Source: Eledone cirrhosa (Eukaryota). Taken from it: a stretch of DNA of 64,000 nt. A program made the position numbers and the translations under genes. The DNA is taken from assembly GCA_964016885.1 (NCBI GenBank), contig OZ024744.1:44082001-44146000 (forward strand), written 5' to 3'. Below the pieces are notes generated by a model that saw only the letters and a list, made by a program, of their open reading frames with translations, searched no databases and was not told where the DNA came from. How positions within the stretch are numbered: position 1 is the stretch's first letter; every line of letters starts with the position of its first letter. Positions 40,983 through 56,858 of this stretch are shown here, one piece after another.

Positions 40983-42785
40983 CTAGTCTGTATTGATGAA
41001 CATTACACTCTGGTATTTATTGCTATCATACCATGAGTTTATTCTATTAACCTTATTCCTAGTTCTTTCTATTCTATTCCAAAATTTGCTCCTATACAAG
41101 GGGCAGGTCCCATTTGTATCACTATTTAACATTTTTCCCCATTTGGTTCTGGCTCCTCTATATACTCTGATTTTATCTCTCTGATTGTAACCAGAGAACT
41201 GCATACGGTGGATGTAGTGTTGTATGTGTCTCTAGTTCTTTGGGGTTGCACATGCGGGACACGTTTCTCATCACCCGTACCAAATCCGCAATCAGTATGT
41301 TGATTTTGGTGTGGTCCGAAACAGCTGAGTTTCAATGGATCAGATATTTGGAAGTCATGGGTTTTGCATAATAGGAATGGAGGATTTGTTTTTTGTTATT
41401 AATGGTTTCTAACCAGAGCTCTGGGTCTAGTACAGGTAATCGATGGTTGGGGTGTTTGCTTGGGTAGTCTATAGTAACTCTAATACTCTGGTGGATGGAG
41501 TTAGCTATTTGCTGGATGCTTTCCATGGTGTTTTCTCTAATTCCTGACTGTTCTCTAGTGGGGGTGTTTTTACTACGATGTTTATATCATCAACGCAGCG
41601 GGAGTACATTATCAGGGTTAAGAGGTTGCTGTCTTCTAATTGTTCATTAAGTTTAAGTTTAAGTCTATTGTCCCACCATACCATGAATAGGTTAACTATG
41701 TCACCTGCAATGCTAACACCAATAGCTGCTCCCTCCTCTTGGGCATATGTTTTTCCATTAAATTTAAACATATGTTCCTTAAGGGTTAATTTTATACTGG
41801 CCCCCCACCGCATGTGCAATCATTTTCTTTAGTTCCTCGTGGTTTTCGGGGGTCCCTATGCCTCTTGTCCACCCGTTCCATCTATCTGTGTGGGTTTTCT
41901 TGGCTATTGGGGTAATGGTAGGTGGTCTACCTCTTGCTGGTCTTATAGGGGACAGGTTGCTAAGGTCTTATGTATCTCGTTAATAATTACTATAGGTAAG
42001 TTTAAGTAGGAGCCCCAGCTCACTGGTATCAATACCACGGAATTAAACATTGCTCTAACCAATCATTTCTACGCATTTCTCCACAGCAAAATCCACGTCA
42101 ATGGATGGATATAGGGACACAACATCCATACTTCCTATTATACAGTTTGTTAGGTCCCTAGATCGGTTACTTTCGCTGATTCTTCTGAGGAGGTCTTCCG
42201 TGCTGTCACATATATCTGGGGACATGATGAGACGTATGATCAGGGAGAGGAAGTAGGAAAGTCTGTGGTTACTAGCAATGTTAGCTCCACAGATTGGCCG
42301 TGTTGGTGGTCCTGTGTCAGGGTAACTGCTCGTTTTATGGTCCTTTCGAAGCCCATACAACGCTGGCACGTCATTGTTCCAGGCCTGGAAGTTGTTGGCA
42401 GTCCTTTTATTGGGCTGCATTATGTTTGTCCACATCATCATATGGGCATTGAGGGAATTCTCCCTATCCTCATGCTCTTGTGGTGTTACTTCTCTTGTTA
42501 TAGTGATGTGGGTTGCATTGCCTGGATGTAGTTTGACAGACTGTCAACCGACATTCTGCCAGACTTGTCTGTTGGAAAGCATGCTATCTCTCCATTACGT
42601 GAGCGCTGCATGAGCTTACGCAAGCCATTTACAGATTCTTCTCCCAGTTGCTGGGCCTCCATTCTATTTTGCTTCTTGTTATACTGTTCTATAATATTTG
42701 TAAGTTTAGATCTAGATATACTAAATTGTGCTTCTGTTTGTCCATCGACCTGCGACGGCAATTGCGTGCGTTTGTTAAAAGCAGA
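40983..42785 (-). mobile_element. PLE family B2 RT fragment, left arm of a head-to-head pair
   Basis: PTDKSGR, GSMDVVSLYPSI and YSRCVDDI; homologous to B1. Confidence 0.88.
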
Positions 42786-44428
42786 ATCAGCGAAAGTAAC
42801 CGGCCTAAGGACCCAACAAACTGTATAATAGGAAGTATGGATGATGTGTCCCTATATATCCATTGACGTGGATTTTGCTGTGGAGAAATGCGTAGAAATG
42901 ATCGGTGAGAACAATGTTGAATTCCGTGGGATTGATACCAGTGAGCTGGGACTCCTACTTAAACTTACCTAGAGTAATGATTATCAAGATACATATGATC
43001 TTAGCAACCTGTGCCCTACAGGACCAGCAAGATGCAGACCACCTACCATTACCTCAATGACCAAGATGAACTAAAACCACGATGAACTAAAGAAAATGAT
43101 TGCACATGCGGTGGGGGCCAGTATAAAATTAACCCTTAAGGAACATATGTTCAAATTTAATGGAAAAACATATGCCCAAGAGGAGGGAGCAGCCATTGGT
43201 GTTGGCATTGCAGGTGACATAGCTAACCTATTCATGGTATGGTGGGACAATAAACTTAAACTTAAACTTAGAGAACAATTAGAAGACAGCAACCTCTTAA
43301 CCCTGATAATGTACTCCCGCTGCGTTGATGATATAAACATCGTAGTAAAAATACCCCCACTAGAGAACAGTCAGGAATTAGAGAAAAACACCATGGAAAG
43401 CATCCAGCAAATAGCTAACTCCATCCACCAGAGTATTAGAGTTACTATAGACTACCCAACAAACACACCAACCATCGATTACCTGTACTAGACACAGAGC
43501 TCTGGTTAGAAACTATTAATAACAAAAAACAAATCCTCCATTCCCATTATGCAAAACCCATGACTTCCAAATATCTGATCCATCGAAACTCAGCTGTTTC
43601 GGACCACACCAAAATCAACATACTGATCGCGGATTTGGTACGGGTGATGAGAAACGTGTCCCGCATGTGCAACCCCAAAGAACTAGAGACACATACAACA
43701 GTTCATCCACCGTATGCAGTTCTCTGGTTACAATCAGAGAGATAAAATCAGAGAATATAGAGGAGCCAGAACCAAATGGGAAAAAATGGTAAATAATGAT
43801 ACAAATGGGACCTGCCCCTTATATAGGAGCAAATTCTGGAATAGAATAGAAAGAAATAGGAATAAGGTTAATAGAATAAACTCATGGTATGATAGCAATA
43901 AATACCAGTGTGTAATATTCATCAATACAACCCATAGAGGTGAATTAGCTTACAAATTTAGAAGGGCCCTAGACAAACATAAACTCAATATTAAGATAGT
44001 AGAAAGACCAGATACCTCCATAAAAACACTTATTAGTAATACATACCCTGTTCAAAGACATCCCTGTATACATAAGAAATGTATAATCTGAAAACTAAGC
44101 ACCAATATTAACTGTAAAACTAGAAATGTAGTATAGAGCATAAGATATACTGAAGGACAATGTAGAGATAAGAATATAGTGTACATAGGTGAGACAGCTC
44201 GTAGTATAGGAGAACGGATAAGTGAACACTGGCGCGAGCTTCAAGATAGTAAAGAATCATCTGTACTCCGCCAACATGCTAAAATAGAACATAAGAGTAA
44301 ATTAGAGAACATAGAAAAGGCGCAATGTTTAGACAAATCACAGAGGCAATAAATATAAATGAACTCCAACCAAAATTAAATAGAAAACATGAATGGAATA
44401 GCAACATCACAACTTACAATTAAGGACA
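42786..44428 (+). mobile_element. PLE family B2 RT and GIY-YIG fragment, right arm
   Basis: Inverted copy of 40990-42180 that continues into YIGETARSIGERISEH. Confidence 0.88.
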
Positions 44429-44632
44429 TCCAGAGTTGACATTGCACTCAGTACTCCTGTGGGAGCCCCTACATGGACACACTGGAAGAGGAAGACCAAG
44501 GTTAACGTATATTGATGGCCTAAGGACAGACACTGGTCTGTTGGAGACGCAGGACATGGCAGCGATAATTATGGACAGAGACCGCTGTAGAGAACTCGTC
44601 CATGGATCTCGGGAATTTTACCCGCCCTAGAT
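44428..44632 (+). mobile_element. RTE-type LINE 3' fragment
   Basis: [29 protein letters not shown]...MDRDR. Confidence 0.8.
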
Positions 44633-44678
44633 AGATATATATATACATATAAACATATATATACATATATACATATAT

Positions 44679-44779
<101 letters not shown>

Positions 44780-44939
44780 AGGAGGTTATAGTTCACTTGA
44801 AGCATTGTGTAATGAGGTATAAACGTTTGAATATGTATAATAAAGCCAAAACAATGCAGGTATGGACATAGAAAAAAGAATGCAATTGCAAATGATATTG
44901 TTGACAATTCGTCTTTTACCTTAGATTTATTTTAAACGT

Positions 44940-44974
44940 CCTTAATTTTCGAGATAATATCTCTTCTTCAGAGG
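44940..44974 (-). ncRNA. Minimal hammerhead, inverted pLTR copy
   Basis: Reverse complement of 47748-47782. Confidence 0.65.
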
Positions 44975-45756
44975 GAAATAAATGTCTCAAACCAGCGTTC
45001 TAAATATCTTGCCAAGCCATACTGACAGGAAATAGTATAGAGTATCTGTTCTATCTCTAATGTCAAAGAGTTAAAATTAGGTGGATAAAGAGTAGTCTCC
45101 CTTTAAAAGGGGTTTGTTTAGGGTTTTTTTATTTTTTATATGCATGCCTGTTTAAGTGTGTGGGAGAATGCATGAAGGTGTAAGTATGTGAGTGTGTGTG
45201 TGTGAGTGTGAGAAGATAAGTCTATTCGTAAATGTGGAGGATAGCTGATGACCGCAGATCCCTATCCCTACTGGACTTCCAACTCAGGGTAACAGAGGAA
45301 GGCAACATCAACACCTGCTTCTCTAAAAAAAGCCGCCAGCAGGGACCTGTTCGTACATTTCAGATCGGCCCTCCCACTCGGTGCCAAGTTCGGATACATA
45401 AGGAACGAACTGGCACGTATCCGGAACAAATGCACCGACGCTAGAGACCGAGAGACACACACCTCACATTTCCTGGAAGTACTCAAACTGAACGGATACA
45501 CGGCATCCACCACAAACGGTGCCAGAAAGAACAGAGGACACCACACCCGAGGCACTAACACTTGCTTCCTGAAGCTCCCACACTTCAGTGAAGAAACAAC
45601 AACAGCCATCCGCAGAGCCATCAGACGAGAAGGACTATATATCCAACTGGCCTACTCCGGTCCTTCTCTGTGCGGACAGCTAGCCAAAAGACACTCCACC
45701 AGACATGACAACTGCTGCAGACTAGCCAACTGCCCCATCAACGACACAGACCTATG

Positions 45757-47348
45757 CGAACACCTAAGCGACAATGAATTATACACAGAGATCCCGGACA
45801 TGACTGTAGCCCAGATCGAAAAACAGACCAACTCCATTTGGTTCGATATCTGTAGGAGAAGATAACTCCCAAATAAAGTTAAGCTCAACTACATCACTAG
45901 AAATAGCAGCCTGCCCTCTTTCTACCACCTCATCAAGACCCACAAGAATAGCACTAAGACGCAAATAAGACCCATCGTCTCTAGCATAGAAGGACCCCTA
46001 TACAAAATGTCCTGGCTCCTCTCCCAGGTCCTCAAGCCTCTATTCTCCACCTTTCCCGGGTATGTCAGTAGCTCCGACGAAGTTATACGTAGACTACACC
46101 AACTCCAGCCAGAACAACTTAAACTAAATAAATACGCTTTTAGCCTCGACGTTGACTCACTCTACACTACAGTCCCCGCTCATCCAGCTGTCGATTTATT
46201 GACGGACTGCGTCGTCGCAGAGGACATCCACTGCTACGGCCTCCACCCGACGGACATACACCAGCTTTTGTCCTTCACAGTAGACAACACGTACTTCACC
46301 TTCCACCACCACACATACAGACAGACAACAGGAGTACCCATGGGATCCAGCCTATCGGGCCTGCTGGCCATCACCTACATGAACCAGCTAGAATGCCGAG
46401 CCCTCAACACCTGCCATTCCCATGCCTTCTTCACCCGATATGTAGATGACATACTCATCCTCACATCATCCCGTGAGGAGGCAGATAAAATATACACAAC
46501 ATTCTCCAGCATGGACGCCAGTATAAAGTTCAGCATGGAACACCCCGATGACCGCGGATCCCTATCCCTACTGGACTTCCAACTCAGGGTAACAGAGGAA
46601 GACAACATCCACACCTGCTTCTATAAAAAAAGTCGCCAGCAGGGATCTGTTCGTACATTTCAGATCGGCCTTCCCACTCGGTGCCAAGTTCGGATACAAA
46701 AGGAACGAATTGGCACGTATCCGGAACAAATGCACCGACGCTAGAGACCGAGACACACACACCACACATTTCCTGGAAGTACTCAAACTGAACGGATACA
46801 CGACATCCACCACAAACCGTGCCAGAAAGAACAGAGGACACCACACTCGAGGGACTAACAATTGCTTCCTGAAGCTCCCACACTTCAGTGAAGAAACAAC
46901 AACAGCCATCCGCAGAGCCATCAGACGAGAGGGACTGGATATCCAACTGGCCCACTCAGGTCCTTCTCTGCGCGGACAGCTAGCCAAAAGACACTCCACC
47001 AGACATGAGAACTGCTGCAGACTAGCCAACTGCCCCATCAACGACACAGACCTATGCCACCAGGCTTACGTCGTATACAGACTAGAGTGTGACAAATGCA
47101 ACAACTTCTACGTAGGTAGCACCACCAGACCACTCCACATAAGAATAAAAGAACACCTCAATACTAACGCTTCCTCATTTAAGAAACACCTAGTTAAATG
47201 CAAAAACACCAACAAAACCATAACAGTTAGGATAGAAACTAAGGAAAGAAACCTCGGCAATCTTAGAATTAAGGAAGCACTAATTATAGATAAAACACAA
47301 CCACCTATCTGTAATAGACTAGAACTCAACACCCAATTTATAACCTGA
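45757..47348 (+). pseudogene. PLE RT and GIY-YIG with one frameshift near 46625, 5'-truncated
   Basis: ORFs 46007-46744 and 46710-47348. Confidence 0.85.
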
Positions 47349-47747
47349 TAGGGCTTCTAGCCCCATATTTACACACCGCATACACACACACGCACGCACA
47401 CACATACACGCTTACACCTCCACTTATTCTCTCTCACACATACACACACAAAACCAGTTCTAACACCAGATAACACCTATCCCCCACATTTACGAATAGA
47501 CTTATCTTCTCACACTCACACACACACACTCACATACTTACACCTTCATGCATTCTCCCACACACTTAAACAGGCATGTATATAAAAAATTAAAAAAACC
47601 CTAAACAAACCCCTTTTAAAGGGAGACTACTCTTTATCCACCTAATTTTAACTCTTTGACATTAGAGATAGAACAGATACTCTATACTATTTCCTGTCAG
47701 CATGGCTTGGCAAGATATTTAGAACGCTGGTTTGAAACCTTTATTTC

Positions 47748-47782
47748 CCTCTGAAGAAGAGATATTATCTCGAAAATTAAGG
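47748..47782 (+). ncRNA. Minimal hammerhead in the family C pLTR
   Basis: cct CTGAAGA a gagata-t-tatctc GAAA at TA agg. Stems I and III are very short. Confidence 0.68.
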
Positions 47783-47897
47783 ACGTTTAAAATAAATCTA
47801 AGGTAAAAGACGAATTGTCAACAATATCTTTTGCAATTGCATTCTTTTTTCTATGTCCATACCTGCATTGTTTTGGCTTTATTATACATATTCAAAC

Positions 47898-48114
<217 letters not shown>

Positions 48115-48439
48115 TATACATATATATACATATATATACATATTTACATATATACATATATACATATATATATATACATATATATACATATATACATATA
48201 TATATATATACATATATATACATATATACATATATATATACATATATACATATATATACATATATATAATCATAGGTTTGAAAAATAGTAAGACAAAATC
48301 TATGTAATTTTTTCTTAGTCGGTAGAAATCAACTAGATAAATAATTATAAATAAACTAGATAAATAATCACTAAACTAGCCGAAGTTGTAAATAACGTGA
48401 AAAATAGCCCTGGTAACAATGATGAAAATAATAAATGTA

Positions 48440-48900
48440 GAAATCGAGTCTGAAATCCGCCAAATTGTTATAACTGTAGGATCCGGACACACGCCCGTTT
48501 TTGAGTGAATGCCTTAGAAGTAATATAGGGCAAAAATGTGAGGTTCCAACTAATAATGAATCATTTAATTATATCAGAACCACTGGTAATAGATTTAAAA
48601 CAAGATACTATGTGCATATAAATTCATTCAAGTATGAAAAATTAAGCCATTTTATCCTTTTAGCTAAATTTATCTGGTCTCTAAAAAAGATAATATTCAG
48701 TACTCTTTGAGATGGAGTTTTGTTAATTCAGCAAAGACATATAGTGGAGGTAGAAGTAAATGTAATCTTTGTTTGTCAGAAGTATTAGAAATAGTAACCT
48801 CTAAAATTAGTCTCTTTAACACTAAAGATGAAAGTGTTCCTTCTTGCCCACAGAGAACCTTTCACTCTTTCTTTTATAATACAGTCGAACCTGATTAACA
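48440..48900 (+). pseudogene. Degenerate PLE family A-like GIY-YIG endonuclease fragment
   Basis: YIRTTGNRFKTRYYVHINSFK...LAKFIWSLK and KCNLCLSE. Confidence 0.75.
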
Positions 48901-50074
48901 TCAATTATCCTCTTTCTTTTCATCTCGCAGTACTTAATAAATCACCCTGTTGACATTGTTTGCCCTGTCTATTGATTCTTATTTCCTATAATCTTTATTA
49001 TTGATCCTAGCATTAACTCGGTATTCATACATAGGTGTATGTATTCTTTGTAAACGTTCTTGATCACCACACTGTCTGGTTTGCGATATTTAATTTCCTG
49101 GTCACATTGGCCCGTAAAGTGCCATAGATTTGTGATGTGATCATTTATATGAAGTCTTCTGGTTTGTGCTCATATCACTGGCTTACTTTTTTTTAAAACC
49201 GTATTTTTCAAATAACTGCCAATGAAGGTTTTTTGTTACGTTAAAATGTCTGGTCTTGTGCCTAAGCTAGAACCTATTCATTCAGAATTAGCAGAATCAC
49301 TTGACCATCGGACAATCTGTTGTTTATTATTTGTTCTGAATTCAGATCCGAGAGATGACAAATTTATCTTTCATCCATGTGTGGTTCATATATTATAGTA
49401 CCAGTCAAGTACCGAGGAGTGATCCATTTGATATACTCCTTCCCAACATCACTGTATCAAACTACACTACAAAATATCCTTGAAACGTACAAAATAATAT
49501 CATTACTGCACCACATTAAAATTTAAATTATTTACTTTAGTTTACCACAAATATTCACAACAATCTATCCATGAGTAAAAATACTATAAATACTTGAAGT
49601 AAAAGATTTTCTTTCAGACAATTTCTGCTAAATGTTTACAGGATGTTAAGTATTAATTAAGTTATATCTAGCTTCAGGAACTTTTCAGGTAACAGACTCA
49701 GTAACCATCTACGGTTTTTTCAATTAGAACATGTGGAGGTCAATGAGAAGAAATGAAATAGACCTGTAACAGAAAAATAAATCACAGAAGGGCAAACAGA
49801 AGGTGGTATGTTAGTTTTAAAAGAAATGAATACGAAGTCATTGTATCAATTAATTAAAACAATTTGAGCTTTGATTATTTTGAAATTTTAATGCCATTAA
49901 TCAGTAAATTATGATTACTTTCTTGTCGTTTTATTCTGGCATTTATTTTATTTATCGATTGATTTCTCTATTTTACCCCACTGAAGTGTTTAAAGTTTAG
50001 TTCAATAAAATTAATACCAGTTATATACTAATGTTGATTTAATCTTATATCTTACAAATGTGTTACTCTATGAT

Positions 50075-50350
50075 GGTTATGGTTGTAGTGGTAGTGGTGG
50101 AGGTTGTAGTGGTGATGGTGGTGTAGGTTGTAGTGGTGATGGTGGAGGTTGTAGTGGTGGTGGTGGAAGTTGTGGTGGTGGTGGAGGTTGTAGGGGTTGT
50201 TGTGGAGGTTGTAGTGGTGGTTGTGGAGGGTGTAGTGGTGGTGGTGGAGGTTGTAGTGGTGGTTGTGGATGTTGTAGTGGTGGTGGTGGAAGTTGTAGTG
50301 GTTGTGGAGGTTGTAGTGGTGGTGCTGGAGGCTGTAGTGGTGGTGGTGGG
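50075..50350. repeat. (GGT)-based low-complexity repeat with a period of about 21 nt
   Basis: GGAGGTTGTAGTGGTGGTGGT units. Confidence 0.9.
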
Positions 50351-50769
50351 TAATTTAAGATGTCACTACTATCATATACATAGTCAAAGTGCAGCAACAT
50401 GGTAGAAATAGTAAAGTGCTTGACTTAAGACTGTATTATATTGATTTGTTAAGCTATGTCCCAGTTCAAATCTCACTGCTGTTCACTTAAACATTGATGT
50501 TTCAATCAATTATAACTATACTCTATAAACATGAAAATAGCATCATTGTATTGATATAAAGATATTGATAGAAGAGTTATTATATCTAGTAAAGAATAAA
50601 TAAGGAAAATATTTTACCCGGAAACAGAATGAAATGCATTGAACAAATCACCATTACATCCATCAACATCACCAACAACAACATCTGCAGCAGTTCTATG
50701 ATCTGGCGAACGACCCAGTTACACTTTCACAAAAAATATTTATGGGTCAATCCCAGCTTCATCCAGTCA

Positions 50770-52131
50770 GTACCGAAAATATTTGTTGTATTTCTTCATT
50801 CATAAGATTTAGTTTTTACGGTATTGCCTTTAAACAATAATTTCTTCCCATCTTCGAGGTTTTATTTAATGTCGTTTTCCAGGTTTCACGTGTCTTCATT
50901 GGTTATAGTAATATCGCTACCTGTATCTAAATGTAATTTAACATATATGTTGTTAATTTTTACATACACAAATTTCCTTTGAGTGTTGTTATTTTTTTTT
51001 TTTTTTTCCAATACATAATCTTTCCTGCTGAACCTTTTTCTTGGTTTTGTTTTACAGTGTGATTTTTATGTCCTATTCTCCCACACCCGAAGCACTTTAA
51101 GTTTTTAAAAGAACAATCGTATCTAATGTGTAATCCTCCACATCCGAAATATGAATTACTTTTTTGTTGTTTTTCGTTTTGTTACTTTAGGTCGCACAGA
51201 GTGTATATGAGAGCAGTCTCTCTCTTTGATTATTTCCGTATCGTGTCTCAGATTTATGATTCTCTGACATTCCTCAGATATTTCCTGTAATGTTAAGTTC
51301 TGCTTCTGCTTTAATTTTGTCAGAATTCTGGTACACAGTTCCGCATCTTTCTTTGCAGTTAACCCTTGGACGAAAATTAAGCATTTAAACATGTCTGGGG
51401 TTAGTTCGTTAAGTTTATATCTTTCGCGTTCCTTGTTAACGATCCCAGCATACCTGACAACATCTACGTCCTCTTTTTCACGAGAACACTGCCAACGGGT
51501 GTTAAATAAAGAACTTTTCTCGCTAAAATATTTTGACAGGATATTTACTGTTTCTTCAAAACAGATCACACCTGGTTTCTTCGGTAGTATGTAATTATAG
51601 TATTTTTTACGTTCGACTGGTGCCAACGTCCTCAACAGAAGTGTTTTTGTCTCGTCTTCCCAGCTACTGCATTCTTCTTGGAAGAATTCCTCATGTCTTC
51701 TAAAGTAAGCAGAGAAAGTAATGCCCTCATTTGGGTCATATGTGAATTCTTCTATTGAGTTCGCCACAGCGTCCGGGGTGAACAAACTTCTATTAACTGT
51801 TGTTGTTGTACCACTTGGACTAGTAAAGCTTCTATATTAAGGAGGTTTCTTTTTACAAAAAATAAATCAGTCCAACGTAAACTTCTAATAACTCGTCGCC
51901 ACTGTTATAATGACGTGACAAACTTGTTTTGTATATGTGTACGAAATGAGGGTAAAATTCAAAGTATTCATCAGGCGTAATTCCGAACTACCAACAAAAC
52001 TCCGTACATAATCTACCTGACATGCACTTCAGTTATCATTTATAGACATTTCGCCTTGTCCACTTTCAGGGCTTTTTTTCAGGGCTTTTTTTCCTACAAA
52101 GAAATAAAACTTCTTAAAGGCTACAATTACA
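50770..52131 (-). mobile_element. Gypsy-type LTR retrotransposon remnant: LTR (about 51903-52131), PBS, gag, zinc knuckle, start of protease
   Basis: ORF 51156-51785 (FTYDP...FKCLIFVQGL), then CGGLH and LDTGSDI downstream. TAACA followed by PBS-like TGGCGACGAG at about 51892-51907. Confidence 0.75.
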
Positions 52132-53164
52132 TATTCAACTTCTTTTTTCTCTCTCTCTCTATATATATGGTCAGATTCGAGCCCTGATACCTTGGGAGTT
52201 AAGATTAAACTTTAAACAACTCTTTGCAAAGTCACTTCGTTTCTAGCCATGGTCCATTCCATAACAGTGTTACATCAAAGAACTGTCATTTGAAAGAACA
52301 AGTTTCAATCTTAATATAATTTTTCATGAATCTGCATTAGCAAGATAGAAAATAAAATAACATCTTTATTTTACTGTAAATTTTCACAACTGTCTATCTA
52401 ATAGTAAAGGTATTAACTTTTAATTAACAAACATGTTTTTAGATATTTTCTGCTAAATCATTACATGATTTTAAATTTGTTATTTTGACTACTGTAAGGC
52501 TTCCCTGCGAATTTCAATTAAACAATTTTAGGGACCCTTTTTGAGGTGATATCAATACAATTGATAACCTTCAAAATGTCAAATGACTGTGAATGATCGT
52601 TTACGTTTAAATCAGTGGCAGACCATTTTATCAATCAATTTCTTCATTTTATATCTTTTGTGGGAATATAATGGCAATATAGTGCATATATGTAAGCCAT
52701 ATATAGGAGTAACAACCATTAGAATTAAACCAAGTTACTATATGATCAGTCATTCATTTCAAAATCTAGTTTGAATGAATATAACTTCATTTTGAGCTTA
52801 CATTTCAAGTTTGAAATACAGGAATATTTGATTCAGGTTACTTTGTGAACACTTGGCAATCTCATAATAGCAACAAAATCCTGTGATCTTTGTATTGTTG
52901 AAGCATTCGAAATAATCTATGTTTAAGTGGCATAATCTACACAACATCTCAGAGAAGATTTAACAAGACTTTTCACTTTAATGACACATATTGTATCCAA
53001 ACGGATGATATTGACCTAAACAATATCAAGCAAATGAATTACGTTTAGTAGTGGTGATGAAAGAATGATTCTAATACAACTCTGCATGTTGAAGGAAACA
53101 TTGTTTCTCTGTTATGGCAGCTAGGCTACCTAGATACCCCATAGAGACTAAGTATCTAAGGATA

Positions 53165-53860
<696 letters not shown>

Positions 53861-54063
53861 AGTATCCGTCAGATAAAATATCATCGTGGTATTTGTTCTG
53901 AATCTTCATATGAGTTCAAATCTCACCAAGTTTGACTTTGACCATATTCCTTCGAAGTAACTAAGATAATGTAGCAGTAATGGGATTTATTTAATCAAAT
54001 TTTCTGAACTGTCTATATCAGAAATCAACATTGGGAATAATATATTTGGAACATATTTGTATA

Positions 54064-54127
<64 letters not shown>

Positions 54128-54725
54128 CACTGGTGCTACTGGTAACATGTATCCCAGTACAACCTGTCTCATGGTCGGGTCGTTGGAGACTAAACTGGCA
54201 ACCCTACCAAGGTTTCTTGGTGAGGAGGGTGACTTTGGACATCCTGCAGGACTAAAACCAAAACCTGTCAAAGGGCAAAGGAGCTCTTAAGAGTCAATGG
54301 CCATCCAAAATCACCGGGAGAGATGACCCCTTAGCCTTTGTCAAGGCAGAATTCTAGGAGAAGGAAAACTCTGATATAACACCTGCAACCCTGATGGTAT
54401 CCAATGATGTTGACTTGTTCTTCTTTTTGGTAAATATCATCTTGGTTAAGAGAGTGGGACTGGCTTTGTGCAGTGCCTTTACTCACTATAAAAGCTTCAC
54501 GGCACAGGCATTGCTTTATATCTGGAGATCTCTCTGCACTTGTCGTCACATGGTACCATGGGCCCAGCACTATGTGTCAATAATTGTCACAAGTGTAGTG
54601 TTTGTACCAGAATGTTCAATACGCTGGCTGGACTAAAAAGTCACACTCGTTCAGCGCATTGGTAGGGGTTCTCCTACATGGATATAAAGTAGTGGCCGTA
54701 CTCGAAAACGAGTTGGCAGCCACCA
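54128..54725 (+). mobile_element. Family G repeat, full copy
   Basis: Inverted relative to 11870-12461; flanked by (TA)n. Confidence 0.85.
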
Positions 54726-54912
54726 TATAATATATATATATATAGAGAGAGAGATAAATATACACCGGTGTGTATGATTGTGTATAGAAGATTATATTAA
54801 TAAAAGGAATTCCAACTTTGTCTGATTTACTCGTTTTATTTACAATCCTTTAAAATTTATAATGGTATTAGAATGAAATAGTATGGTAGAATATTAAATG
54901 TTAAGTGTTAAT

Positions 54913-54951
54913 TGAACAAGTACTTTCATGCTTTCGCAATCTTCAGGTTCA
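54913..54951 (-). ncRNA. Minimal type I hammerhead, intact
   Basis: Minus strand reads tgaac CTGAAGA t tgc-gaaa-gca t GAAA gtac TT gttca. Confidence 0.85.
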
Positions 54952-55451
54952 TAATGTGTGGTGACAGTCAAGTTTGCAATTTTCAACTGTAATGAGATAG
55001 GTAAATTTTGTGCCTTATATACAGTGAAAAGTGGCTCCAGAATGCTAAATCTTGCAAACTGTATTTCGACCAATCGGTGTGTAGTTTCACTGGATTACTA
55101 AAGTTGATTGGTTTAGGCGTCACGGTTGGTCGAGCATGTCTAACGACTACTAATTGATCCTATCCAAAGCATCAATTGTTTTGCTATTTTTAGAAATGAT
55201 GAAAATAGCATTTTCCAGTAATCATCATCATCAACATCACTTTTATTATTATTATTATTATTATTATTGTTGTTGTTGTTTGTGGTCAGAGTCGACATGG
55301 TCGTAGTCATAGTCGTAGTAGGAGTAATCCCCCATTATTATTGTTCATTTAGCTTGGGTTTGAATTTATCAATAACATTTTTTCTTTGATTTTCTCTTGA
55401 TTTCACTTGGGCTGTGTAATTTGTAGAATGGGATTATTATAATATTATTTA

Positions 55452-56610
55452 ACACCAACACCACCACCAACATCAACATCACCACCTCCAACACCACCAC
55501 CACCACCACCACCACCACCACCACCACCACCACTAACAAACACACCACCACCAACAACAACACCGTCAACAACAACACCAACAACACCAACACCACCACC
55601 ACCAAAACCAACACCACTACCACTAGAACCACCACCAACACCACCAACACAACCAACACCAGCACCAACGCCACCACCTCCAACACCAGCACAACCAACA
55701 CCACTACCACCACCACTACCATCAACAACACCGAAACCATCACCAACGACACCACAACCAGCACCACCACCAACTCCACTACCACCAACACTATCACGAA
55801 CACCACCAGCACCAACACCAGCACCAACACCACCAACACCACCAACACTATCAACACCAACAGCAACAGCAACACCAACACCACCACCACCACCACCAGC
55901 AACACCACTAACACCAAAACCAACACCAACACCTCCATCAACACCACCACCAACACCACCCACCACCAACACCACCGACACCACCAACACCACCAGCACC
56001 ACCAGCACCACCAACACCACTAACATCAACACCAATACCACCAACAACACCAACACCAACACCACCACCAACAACACCAACATACACACCAACAACAACA
56101 ACACCAACACCACCATCAACACCAACAACACCACCACCAACACCACCACCAACATCAACAACCACACCTCCACCATCAACATCACTACCATAACCACCAA
56201 CAGCAACAACACTACCACCAACACCAACACCACCAACACCAACACCACTACCACCGACACCACCACCAACACCACCACCAACCCCAACATTACCACCAAC
56301 ACCATCACCAACAATACCAACAAAACCAACACCAAAACCAAGACCACCACCATCAACACCACCAACACCACAACCAACACCACCACCAACACCAACAGCA
56401 ACACCACCGTCACTAACACCATCACCAACACCACCACACCTCCAGCACCAACATCAACACCACTACCAACAACACCATCAACACTACCAACAAAACCAAC
56501 ACCACTACCAACAACACCAGCAACAACACCAACACCACCACCACCAAGACCAACTCCACCACCACCAACACCACCACCTACACCATCAACACCACTAACA
56601 CCACCAACAC
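55452..56610. repeat. (ACC/AAC)n low-complexity tract of about 1.15 kb
   Basis: Read directly from the sequence. Confidence 0.95.
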
Positions 56611-56813
56611 CGATGGTACTAATTTGAGATACCAGAACTATGTATATATATATATATATTGTTATACTTTGGGAGGGTCATGTTGCCAATAAGAAACACA
56701 CGCACCAGTTGCTTTCACTTCAATTTATTATATATTTATAAATTTATAAATTTATAAATTTATAAATTTCTGGTTGGTTGGTTGGTTCCACAACCAGATA
56801 GTTGTTTATATAT

Positions 56814-56858
56814 AGTCATAGTTCTTTCGTCACACACTCTGTGACCTCTTCAGTGACT
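56814..56858 (-). ncRNA. Minimal hammerhead, inverted pLTR copy
   Basis: Reverse complement of 58404-58448. Confidence 0.82.

Noticed and set aside
49640-50700. Possible host exons on the - strand (acceptor at about 49765, donor at about 50617)
   Set aside because: There is no sustained ORF or recognisable protein, and splice-like motifs alone are insufficient.
54128-54205. HDV-like ribozyme at the family G 5' end
   Set aside because: P2/P4-like pieces exist, but no P1 or nested P3/P1.1 could be assigned. The twister-like reading fits better.
55369-56437. Gly/Val-rich ORFs (also 50060-50405) resembling structural proteins
   Set aside because: These are stop-free trinucleotide low-complexity tracts open in several frames, with no splice or unique-sequence support.
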